Below are positions 28,193-37,602 of a stretch of DNA of 64,000 nt, piece by piece. Made by a program: the position numbers and the translations under genes. The notes under the pieces are model-generated. The model searched no databases and was not told the origin of the DNA. It was given only the letters and a program-made list of their open reading frames with translations. Numbering within the stretch: the first letter of the stretch is position 1; each line of letters starts with the position of its first letter. The stretch is from assembly GCA_947626875.1 (NCBI GenBank), contig CANQTV010000002.1, forward strand, positions 10,324-74,323, read 5' to 3'. Source of the DNA: an uncultured Clostridia bacterium (GTDB lineage: Bacteria; Bacillota; Clostridia; TANB77; CAG-508).

Positions 28193-29533
28193 ATGAAAGT
28201 AGGATTTATATCACTAGGATGTAGTAAAAATTTAATTGATACAGAAATAGCAGTAGGTATGTTTAAAGAACATAAATATATTATTGAAAATCGTCCAGAA
28301 GAAGCAGATATTATTGTGATAAATACTTGTGGATTTATAGATGATGCAAAAGAAGAGGCAATCAATACAATTTTAGAAATGGCAGAATACAAGAAAAGGA
28401 AATGTAAATACCTAATTGTTATGGGATGTTTAGTACAAAGGTATTATGAAGAATTATTAAAATGCTTACCAGAAGTTGATTTATTTATTAAATTAGAAGA
28501 ATATGATAAATTATGGGAAAAAATTGATGATTTATTAAAAAGAGATATTGTAATTAAATCAAAAGGGAAAGCAAAAAAAATACCAATGTTAGATCAAATA
28601 GATTATATGAATAGAGTTGTTACAACTGGAAAAGATTATGCTTATTTGAAGATAGGTGAAGGATGTAGTAATAGATGTACATATTGTGCAATTCCAAATA
28701 TTAGAGGACCTTTTATTAGTCGCCCAAAAGAAGAAATTATTGATGAAGCAAAAATGTTAGCTAAAAAAGGAATTACAGAAATTATTGTTATTGCACAAGA
28801 TACTACAAAATATGGAATTGATATTTATGGAGAACCAAAATTAGTAGAATTACTAGAAGAATTAGCACACATAAAAGAAATAAAATGGATTCGCTTCTTA
28901 TATTCATATCCAGAAGGAATAACACAAGAATTGATTGATTTAGTAGCAAAAAATGATAAAATTGCTAACTACTTTGACATCCCAATTCAACATATATCAA
29001 ATCGAGTATTGAAAAGAATGAATAGAAGGACTACAAAACAGGAGATTGAAATTTTAATAGAAAATATTCGTAAACAAATACCAGATGCTGTAATAAGAAC
29101 AAGTTTGATTGTAGGTTTCCCAGGAGAAACTAAAGATGAATTTGAAGAATTAAAAGAATTTGTGAAAAAGATCCATTTTGATAAATTAGGAGCATTCATG
29201 TATTCAAAAGAAGAAGGGACACCAGCAGCAAGATTACCAGAACAAATTCATGGAAACACTAAGAAATCAAGATATAATCAGATTATGAAAATACAGCAAA
29301 TTATATCAAAACAAAATTTGGAGAAACGTATTGGAAAGAAATGCCAAGTTTTAATAGAAGATATTTCTTTTGATGGAAAATATTATGTAGGTAGGACAAT
29401 GCAAGATGTACCAGAAATAGATGGCTTGGTGTATATTAAAAATACAAGTCCTAAAAATATGTTACATATGTATGTTATGTGCGAGATAGAGGATGTGCAG
29501 GGAGAGTATGATGTGATGGCAAAATTTATATAG
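28193..29533 (+). CDS. rimO: ribosomal protein S12 methylthiotransferase
   Basis: UPF0004 N-terminal domain (GFISLGCSKNLIDTE), radical-SAM CSNRCTYCAIP, and a C-terminal TRAM domain. Confidence 0.88.
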   Translation: MKVGFISLGCSKNLIDTEIAVGMFKEHKYIIENRPEEADIIVINTCGFIDDAKEEAINTILEMAEYKKRKCKYLIVMGCLVQRYYEELLKCLPEVDLFIKLEEYDKLWEKIDDLLKRDIVIKSKGKAKKIPMLDQIDYMNRVVTTGKDYAYLKIGEGCSNRCTYCAIPNIRGPFISRPKEEIIDEAKMLAKKGITEIIVIAQDTTKYGIDIYGEPKLVELLEELAHIKEIKWIRFLYSYPEGITQELIDLVAKNDKIANYFDIPIQHISNRVLKRMNRRTTKQEIEILIENIRKQIPDAVIRTSLIVGFPGETKDEFEELKEFVKKIHFDKLGAFMYSKEEGTPAARLPEQIHGNTKKSRYNQIMKIQQIISKQNLEKRIGKKCQVLIEDISFDGKYYVGRTMQDVPEIDGLVYIKNTSPKNMLHMYVMCEIEDVQGEYDVMAKFI

Positions 29534-29544
29534 GAGGTAGTAAA

Positions 29545-30873
29545 ATGGAAAAAGAAAAAATATTAGAATTTATGAGAGAATTAAAAGTTAATGCTCAAAA
29601 AAGAGGTAGAAGTATAGAGCCTGCATATCTTGGAAAAATAAAAATAGATGAAAATATCAAAGACATCTATTTGGTTCGTGAGTTAATTGAAAAAAAGATT
29701 AATGGTGAAATGCAAACAGTTGAAGTAGATAGTTATATAACAGAGCAACTTGAAAAAATAGCTGGAAACAATAAAAGTGATTCATATCCATATCCAATTG
29801 TAGTAAGTAAATATACAGATCAAAAACAAGATTTAGAAGAACAATTACAAACTTTAGAAGATGAAGGTTTAATAGATTTAGGAGATTTGGAACGTGAGAG
29901 AGCAAAAGAAATAGCAAAAGCATTAAATATTGAAGAGAAACAAATCAAAGAAATTCAAGAAATTGACTTAAATCAAGAAATACAAGAACCTATGCAACAA
30001 GGTCAACAACAAGTTACTCAAAAAGATTTAAAAGGTTTAGATATTAAAGAAGAAACTAATTTAAATCAATATATTAAAGGTGAAACATTAGAAAAGAAAT
30101 TAGGGTTAAGAGAAAATGGCATTGAAGATGGTGTGAAATTAGCAAGAGTATCAAGTAGTAGTTTGAATAAATATCTAGATAAACCAACAACCCAAATTGA
30201 TAGTTTTGTTGTTATTCGTAAAGATGGAACTGCAGTAGCGTTAGGAGAAAATATTTTAACACCAGATAATAGTTTGGGAACAAATCCAACGAAGAAAATT
30301 GCAACAGCGAATGTAGAAATGGGAGATGTAGAAGAGGAACCAATTACAACAAGCTGGAAAATTGCAAATAGAAAAAATGACTATTTAACAGTAGGATATG
30401 ATGAATCATATGGTTCTCATAGAGAAATGAAATATACTATGCGATCTGTTGAAGAAAAAGAATATGTTTCTGTAGAATTAGAGACACAATATACATATCG
30501 CCAGGACGAAGATATAAGGCAATATATGAAAGAAAGAGGAGAGGGCACAAGAACAGCTGATAATGCAATTAAGAGAGATGGGGATCAAACAAAAGGAAAA
30601 AGAGAACAAGTTCAAGATATAGATAATGATAAAAATAATGATACAGAATTAACAATGAAACAGGCAGGAATTGATCCAGAGCAAAAAATACCAGATACAG
30701 ATATAACTTGGAGAGAGTTTGCAGATAAATGTAATATTACAGTTGAAGATGCTTATGATAGATTTCAAGAAAAACGAGAAAAAGAAAATGTAGATATAGA
30801 AAATGAAGATATAATAAATGAAATTGAAGATGATGTAAATGAAGAATGGGGTATGCCAGAACAAAAAAGATAA
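29545..30873 (+). CDS. hypothetical acidic protein (unrecognised)
   Basis: 442-aa ORF with an AGGAGG SD, 11 nt after rimO. It is E/D/K/Q-rich with no TM segment and no motif I can assign. Confidence 0.55.
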   Translation: MEKEKILEFMRELKVNAQKRGRSIEPAYLGKIKIDENIKDIYLVRELIEKKINGEMQTVEVDSYITEQLEKIAGNNKSDSYPYPIVVSKYTDQKQDLEEQLQTLEDEGLIDLGDLERERAKEIAKALNIEEKQIKEIQEIDLNQEIQEPMQQGQQQVTQKDLKGLDIKEETNLNQYIKGETLEKKLGLRENGIEDGVKLARVSSSSLNKYLDKPTTQIDSFVVIRKDGTAVALGENILTPDNSLGTNPTKKIATANVEMGDVEEEPITTSWKIANRKNDYLTVGYDESYGSHREMKYTMRSVEEKEYVSVELETQYTYRQDEDIRQYMKERGEGTRTADNAIKRDGDQTKGKREQVQDIDNDKNNDTELTMKQAGIDPEQKIPDTDITWREFADKCNITVEDAYDRFQEKREKENVDIENEDIINEIEDDVNEEWGMPEQKR

Positions 30874-30899
30874 GTTTTGAAAGAGAGTTGAATGTAAAA

Positions 30900-31904
30900 A
30901 TGAAAAGAATATTAACAGGTGATAGACCAACAGGTAGATTACATATAGGTCATTATTTCGGATCTTTAAAAACAAGATTAGAATTACAAGAAAATCCAAA
31001 TTATGATCCATATATATTAATTGCAGATGTGCAAGCATTAACAGATAATTTTAACAATCCAGAAAAAGTTAGAAAAAATGTTAGAGAAGTTGCAATAGAT
31101 TATTTATCAGTAGGAATAGACCCAAACAAAACAACAATATATATTCAATCTATGATACCAGAAACAGCAGAATTAACAGTATATTATTCAAATTTGGTAA
31201 CAATAGCACGATTAGAAAGAAACCCAACTGTTAAAACAGAAATAGCACAGAAAAAAGATATTTTTGGCGAAAGTGTAACTTATGGTTTTTTAGGATATCC
31301 AGTTAGTCAAGCAGCAGATATTACAACATTTGAAGGAGAAATTGTACCAGTAGGAGAAGATCAACTACCACTAATTGAGCAATGTAGAGAAATTGTTAGA
31401 AAATTTAATAGCATATATGGAGAAGTTTTAAAAGAACCAAAAGCATTACTATCAAATGCAAAAAGGATAAAAGGATTAGACGGAAATGAAAAAATGGGAA
31501 AATCACTTGGAAATGCGATTTATCTATCAGATAGTGAAGAAGAAATTACCAAAAAAGTAATGAGTGCAATAACAGATCCAAATAGAATAAAAAAAGATGA
31601 TTTAGGAAACCCTGATATATGTATGGTAGCATATTATCATAACTTGTTTACAAGCAAAGAAGATGTTAAGGCTGTATGTGAAGAATGTAAAGCAGGAAAA
31701 CGTGGATGTGTAGCTTGTAAAAAACAATTAGCAAAAAATATTATTGATACATTACAACCAATACGTGAGAAAAGAGCATACTATGAGGCACATCCAGAAG
31801 AGGTAGATAAGATTTTACAAGAAGGAACTGAAAAAGCAAGAAAAGTAGCAAAAGAAACAATGAAAAAGGTGAAAAAGGCAATGAAACTAGACTATTTTGA
31901 CTAG
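30900..31904 (+). CDS. trpS: tryptophan--tRNA ligase
   Basis: TGDRPTGRLHIGHY (HIGH), KMGKS (KMSKS variant), and GEDQLPLIE. The start is ATG 30900 within a longer ORF. Confidence 0.92.
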   Translation: MKRILTGDRPTGRLHIGHYFGSLKTRLELQENPNYDPYILIADVQALTDNFNNPEKVRKNVREVAIDYLSVGIDPNKTTIYIQSMIPETAELTVYYSNLVTIARLERNPTVKTEIAQKKDIFGESVTYGFLGYPVSQAADITTFEGEIVPVGEDQLPLIEQCREIVRKFNSIYGEVLKEPKALLSNAKRIKGLDGNEKMGKSLGNAIYLSDSEEEITKKVMSAITDPNRIKKDDLGNPDICMVAYYHNLFTSKEDVKAVCEECKAGKRGCVACKKQLAKNIIDTLQPIREKRAYYEAHPEEVDKILQEGTEKARKVAKETMKKVKKAMKLDYFD

Positions 31905-33188
<1,284 letters not shown>

Positions 33189-33360
33189 GGGAATTGGGGA
33201 CGCCCTTTTTTTCCCTAGCCGGGAATTGGGGACGCCCTTTTTTTCCCTATCTAATTCTTCCCTATTTGTATATTATTAAAAAATTATTTTTCCTATCTAA
33301 ATAGGGAAGAATTAGATAGGGAAAAAAAGGGCGTCCCCAATTCCCGGCTAGGGAAAAAAA
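33189..33360. repeat. family-1 element, nested/duplicated copy
   Basis: Two tandem left arms (33189-33215 and 33221-33247) are joined by TAGCC. They are followed by the inner module, a full right arm (33319-33345), GGCTA, and a truncated second right arm GGGAAAAAAA. Confidence 0.9.
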
Positions 33361-33376
33361 TAATTTGTAAAAATAG

Positions 33377-33405
33377 TTGTAAAATTCATGAAAAATTGAT
33401 ATACT
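33377..33405 (+). promoter_or_regulatory. putative promoter of the asp23 cluster
   Basis: TTGTAA-N17-TATACT with an extended -10 element (TGATATACT). It lies just downstream of the nested family-1 element. Confidence 0.45.
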
Positions 33406-33430
33406 GTTACCATGTAAAGGAGGAAGTAAC

Positions 33431-33892
33431 ATGGAAGAAGAAAACAAAAATATGGAAGAGGAAAAACAAGAAATTGAAGTACAACAAGAAACAACAGAAA
33501 ATGAAGGAATACAAATTTCAAATGATGTTATCGCAGTTATTGCAGGTGTAGCTGTGTCAGAAGTACAAGGCGTTTCATCAATGGCAGGAGGTTTTGCAGG
33601 AGGCATTAGTGAGGTATTGAGTGGAAAGAAAAATCTAGCAAAAGGTATTAAGGTAGAAAAAAATGAAACAACTGTTAAAATTGATGTTAATATTATTGTA
33701 GAATATGGTACAAGAATACCAGATGTAGCATTTGAAATTCAAAATAGAGTAAAGGCATCTGTAGAAAATATGACAGGATTAAAAGTAGAAGAAGTAAATG
33801 TACATGTACAAGGTGTTAATACTGAAGGAGTAAAACAAGAAGAAATTAATGAAGATTCAGAAGAAATAATAGAGAATGAAGAAAACAATTAA
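33431..33892 (+). CDS. Asp23/Gls24-family envelope stress protein
   Basis: ISNDVIAVIAGVAVSEVQGV...VDVNIIVEYGTRIPDVAFEIQNRVK is the Asp23 signature. Confidence 0.85.
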   Translation: MEEENKNMEEEKQEIEVQQETTENEGIQISNDVIAVIAGVAVSEVQGVSSMAGGFAGGISEVLSGKKNLAKGIKVEKNETTVKIDVNIIVEYGTRIPDVAFEIQNRVKASVENMTGLKVEEVNVHVQGVNTEGVKQEEINEDSEEIIENEENN

Positions 33893-33908
33893 AAAAGGAG
33901 TAGTAAAA

Positions 33909-34472
33909 ATGAAAATAATTGAAAAAATCACATTAATTATATATTCTAATATCATGCTAATTGTATCTATAATAGCGTGTTTACTAGTATTTGGATGGTT
34001 AGATTTACAAGTTGTAATAAATATTGCAACAGCATGTATTACAACAGATCCAGCATCAAAAATTGTTTTAGGGGCAAGTGTAATATTTATATTATTGTCT
34101 ATTAGATGTATTTTCTTTGATCCAACTTCAAAAGCAGATATTAAAGATAGACAAGGAATTCTTTTAGAAAATGAAAATGGAAAACTAATGATATCAAAAG
34201 AAACAATTGAAAACTTAGTAGAATCAGTTGCAAGAGATTTCCAAGATGCAGATAATATTTCAACAAGAGTCGAACTAGATAGAGAAAATAATGTTACTAT
34301 ATTTGCGAATCTAGTTGTTACATCAGATGCAATTATAAAAGATTTATCAGCAAATCTTCAAAATAAAATCAAAGAAAGAATAAAAATAGCAACAGACTTA
34401 GAAGTAAAAGAAGTAAATATTTCAGTAAAAAAAGTAGCACCAGTACAAGAGGAACAGGAAGGAATGAGATAA
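33909..34472 (+). CDS. amaP: alkaline shock response membrane anchor protein (AmaP-like)
   Basis: Two N-terminal TM helices, then an Asp23-like soluble part. It lies directly after asp23. The start is ATG 33909 behind AAGGAG. Confidence 0.65.
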   Translation: MKIIEKITLIIYSNIMLIVSIIACLLVFGWLDLQVVINIATACITTDPASKIVLGASVIFILLSIRCIFFDPTSKADIKDRQGILLENENGKLMISKETIENLVESVARDFQDADNISTRVELDRENNVTIFANLVVTSDAIIKDLSANLQNKIKERIKIATDLEVKEVNISVKKVAPVQEEQEGMR

Positions 34473-34676
34473 ATGGAGGATTTTAAGAAATTTATAAATA
34501 AATATAGTGGTAGTATAATAGGTATTATTGTTGCAATTATTATTTTAGCAACAAGACTATATGACCTAATTATAGGAATTATTGTCGTATTATTAGGAGC
34601 ATTTATTGGAAATTATGTACAACAAAATAAAGAAGATGTAAAAACAAAACTAAAAGGATGGATAGACAAAATGTAA
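34473..34676 (+). CDS. small integral membrane protein (DUF2273-like)
   Basis: 67 aa with two TM helices. It is the third gene of the asp23-amaP cluster, and its start abuts the amaP stop. Confidence 0.6.
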   Translation: MEDFKKFINKYSGSIIGIIVAIIILATRLYDLIIGIIVVLLGAFIGNYVQQNKEDVKTKLKGWIDKM

Positions 34677-34699
34677 TTAGCGAGCAGAAAGGAAGAAAC

Positions 34700-35101
34700 A
34701 TGAACAGAACACAAATGCGTGAAAACGCCTTTAAATTACTATATAGTTTAGAAGTACAAAAAAAGCAAAATTTAGAAGAGCAAATTGATTTATATTTACA
34801 AAGTAATGAAATTGAAAATGAAGAAGCAATTACATATATTAAAGATGCTATTATGGGAATTGAAAAAAACCAAGAGCAAATACAATCAGAAATAGAGGCT
34901 AATTTAAAATCTAATTGGAAAATTGACAGGATTTCAAAAGTAAATTTAAGCATATTAAAATTAGCTATTTATGAAATTAAATATACTAAAGTTCCATTTA
35001 AAGTAGCAATAAATGAAGCAGTTGAATTAGCAAAACGTTATGGCGAAGAAAATGCTAAAACTTTTGTGAATGGTATATTGGCAAGTATTGTAAAGGAATG
35101 A
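34700..35101 (+). CDS. nusB: transcription antitermination factor NusB
   Basis: About 133 aa, with R..RE.AFK.LY..E near the N-terminus and a ...[13 protein letters not shown]......FVNGIL end. It precedes xseA, as is common in Firmicutes. Confidence 0.88.
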   Translation: MNRTQMRENAFKLLYSLEVQKKQNLEEQIDLYLQSNEIENEEAITYIKDAIMGIEKNQEQIQSEIEANLKSNWKIDRISKVNLSILKLAIYEIKYTKVPFKVAINEAVELAKRYGEENAKTFVNGILASIVKE

Positions 35102-35110
35102 AAATAAGTA

Positions 35111-36304
35111 ATGAAATACGAAAATATGGCAATAACTGTAAGTGAATTAAATAGTTATATTAAAGAAAAAATAGCAGATGATGAATACTTGAGTAGTCTG
35201 TTAGTAAAAGGAGAAATTTCTAATTTTAAGCATCATTATACAGGGCATATGTATTTTACTTTAAAAGACGAAAAATCTCTTATTAAATGTGTTATGTTTA
35301 AAACATATGCACAAAGATTAGATTTTATGCCAAAAGATGGAATGAAAGTTTTTGTATTAGGAAGTGTATCTGTATTTGAGAGAGATGGAATATATCAGAT
35401 TTATGTACAAGCTATGCAGGAAGATGGAGTAGGAGCACTTTATAAAAAATATGAAGAATTGAAACAAAAATTAGAAAAGCAAGGATATTTTGAACAAAGC
35501 CATAAACAAAAAATTCCACAAATGCCAAAAGTAATTGGAGTATTGACATCACAAACAGGATCTGTGATAAGAGATATCATAAATGTTAGTACAAGAAGAA
35601 ATCCAAATGTTAGAATACGCTTGTTGCCAGTACCAGTACAAGGGCAAGATGCAGCAGGAAAAATAGCAGAAGGAATTAACTATATGAATAAAAATCAGTT
35701 AGCTGATGTATTGATATTAGCAAGAGGGGGAGGCTCATTAGAGGATTTATGGCCATTTAATGAAGAAATAGTTGCTCAGGCAATATATGAATCAAAAATT
35801 CCAATTATTTCTGCAGTAGGGCATGAAACAGACTTTACAATTTCAGATTTCACAGCAGACTTAAGAGCTCCAACACCATCTGCAGCAGCAGAATTAGCGG
35901 TACCAGATGTGTATGAACTAAAACAAAAAATAAGATCATATCAAAACAGAATGAGATTAGCACTTAGTAAAAAATATGAAATGTTGAAATTACGAATACA
36001 AAAATGTATGGCAAGTCATGTATTTAAAGAACCTATGAGAATGATAAATGACAGATACATTTTAATAGATAAATATATAAAACAATTACAAGTACAAATA
36101 CAAACTAAACATCAACAGGAAAAAGAGCATTACAAGACTTTATTAGCAAAATTAGATACACTTAGCCCATTAAAAACGTTAATAAGAGGATATGCAGTTA
36201 TTGAGCAAAATGATAAAATTATTAAAAGTGTAAAAGAGTTAAAAACTGGTGATGAAGTTAATTTGAAATTATCAGATGGACTTAAAATTGCACAAATAAA
36301 ATAA
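35111..36304 (+). CDS. xseA: exodeoxyribonuclease VII large subunit
   Basis: OB-fold N-terminus (VSELN..IK......L....V.GEISNFK.H.TGH.YFTLKD), GVLTSQTGSVIRDI, and ARGGGSLEDLWPFNEE. Confidence 0.92.
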   Translation: MKYENMAITVSELNSYIKEKIADDEYLSSLLVKGEISNFKHHYTGHMYFTLKDEKSLIKCVMFKTYAQRLDFMPKDGMKVFVLGSVSVFERDGIYQIYVQAMQEDGVGALYKKYEELKQKLEKQGYFEQSHKQKIPQMPKVIGVLTSQTGSVIRDIINVSTRRNPNVRIRLLPVPVQGQDAAGKIAEGINYMNKNQLADVLILARGGGSLEDLWPFNEEIVAQAIYESKIPIISAVGHETDFTISDFTADLRAPTPSAAAELAVPDVYELKQKIRSYQNRMRLALSKKYEMLKLRIQKCMASHVFKEPMRMINDRYILIDKYIKQLQVQIQTKHQQEKEHYKTLLAKLDTLSPLKTLIRGYAVIEQNDKIIKSVKELKTGDEVNLKLSDGLKIAQIK

Positions 36305-36334
36305 AAATATACAAAAGAAAGGAATGATATTAAA

Positions 36335-36835
36335 ATGAGAAGAAGTACAAAAATATTAATTGCAATATTATTGATATTGATTATTGCTCTAGTTGGATAT
36401 ATTGCGTGGATATGGGTAGAAGATACTTTAGAAACAGCAAATGAAGTGCAAAATGAAACTCAAAATGAAGTTAATATGACAGAAGATGAAATGAGCGAAG
36501 CAAATGAAACAAATGTGAGTGAAGAAGAAAATGCAATAAATGACACAAATACTAGTACTACAACAAGTGCTACTTCACCTACATCATCAACTTCATCTTC
36601 ATCAACAGTTGTAGGAAAAGAAGAACAAGAAAGTGCAGAACAGAGTGGCTCAGAAAATCCGGAAGAAGCAGCAATTGAATTGGCAAAGCAAAAATGGGGT
36701 GAAACTAGTAGTAATTATAAATTTTCTGTGGAAAATGTAGAAGGAAATATATATCATATATCAATTATTTCAAATGCGCTTACAATCGCATATATGGATG
36801 TAGATATGATGACAGGTGAGGTAACGGAAAAATAA
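36335..36835 (+). CDS. hypothetical membrane-anchored protein with PepSY-like C-terminus
   Basis: One N-terminal TM helix, an acidic/S-T-rich linker, and a small C-terminal domain (AIELAKQKWGE....Y.F.VE...GNIYHISI....). Confidence 0.55.
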   Translation: MRRSTKILIAILLILIIALVGYIAWIWVEDTLETANEVQNETQNEVNMTEDEMSEANETNVSEEENAINDTNTSTTTSATSPTSSTSSSSTVVGKEEQESAEQSGSENPEEAAIELAKQKWGETSSNYKFSVENVEGNIYHISIISNALTIAYMDVDMMTGEVTEK

Positions 36836-36864
36836 ACCATAGTTTTCAGAAAGGATTGGAATTT

Positions 36865-37089
36865 ATGAAACAAGCAAGCTTTGAAGAAAATATAGAACAA
36901 TTAGAAAAAATTGTTGATGAATTAGAAAAAGGAGAGTTAAATTTAGATGACGCAATGAAGAAATTTGAACAAGGAATTTCGATATCCCAAGACTGCAATA
37001 AAATATTAGAAAAAGCAGAAAAGAAAATTACAATTTTATTAGGACAAGAAGAAGGAGAAATAAAAGAAGAAGACTTCACAGCCGAATAG
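36865..37089 (+). CDS. xseB: exodeoxyribonuclease VII small subunit
   Basis: SFEENIEQLEKIVDELEKGELNLDDAMKKFEQGI is the XseB signature. Confidence 0.88.
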   Translation: MKQASFEENIEQLEKIVDELEKGELNLDDAMKKFEQGISISQDCNKILEKAEKKITILLGQEEGEIKEEDFTAE

Positions 37090-37123
37090 ATATCTGACAA
37101 AAAGAAAGGGGAGAAATACACAA

Positions 37124-37567
37124 ATGAGTAACAATATAGCAGGAGTTTTACAAAATAAATACATTGTAATACCAATATTATTATGGTTTTTTATTCAGCT
37201 GTTTAAAGTGATATATGATTTAGTTACTACAAAGAAATTTAATTTTAAAAGAATATTAGGAGCAGGTGGTATGCCAAGTTCACATTCAGCAGTTGTTGTA
37301 GGATTAGCAACTTTAGTTGGAAAATATGAAGGTATTAATTCAAGCATATTTGCTGTTGCATTAATTTTAGCATTTGTAGTTATGTATGATGCAGCAGGAA
37401 TTAGAAGAGCTGCAGGAAAACAAGCAAAATTATTAAATCAACTGATTGAAACACCAGGTTTAACAGGAGTAGAAGTATCAGAAAAATTAGTAGAAGTATT
37501 GGGGCATACTCCATTTCAAGTTCTTGTAGGAGCTTTAATAGGTTTAATAGCAGGTTTAATTGCTTAA
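37124..37567 (+). CDS. divergent PAP2-family membrane protein (DUF212 type)
   Basis: GGMPSSHSAVVVGLAT... and MYDAAGIRRAAGKQA motifs. About 4 TM helices. Confidence 0.8.
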   Translation: MSNNIAGVLQNKYIVIPILLWFFIQLFKVIYDLVTTKKFNFKRILGAGGMPSSHSAVVVGLATLVGKYEGINSSIFAVALILAFVVMYDAAGIRRAAGKQAKLLNQLIETPGLTGVEVSEKLVEVLGHTPFQVLVGALIGLIAGLIA

Positions 37568-37602
37568 AAATATAAAAATAAAAGTAGAAAGGGTGATTAC
37601 AG

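Noticed and set aside
33262-33606. 114-aa minus-strand ORF spanning the obg-asp23 intergenic region.
   Set aside because: It reads through the nested family-1 palindrome and then runs antisense to asp23. It is an artefact of the repeat plus antisense codon bias.
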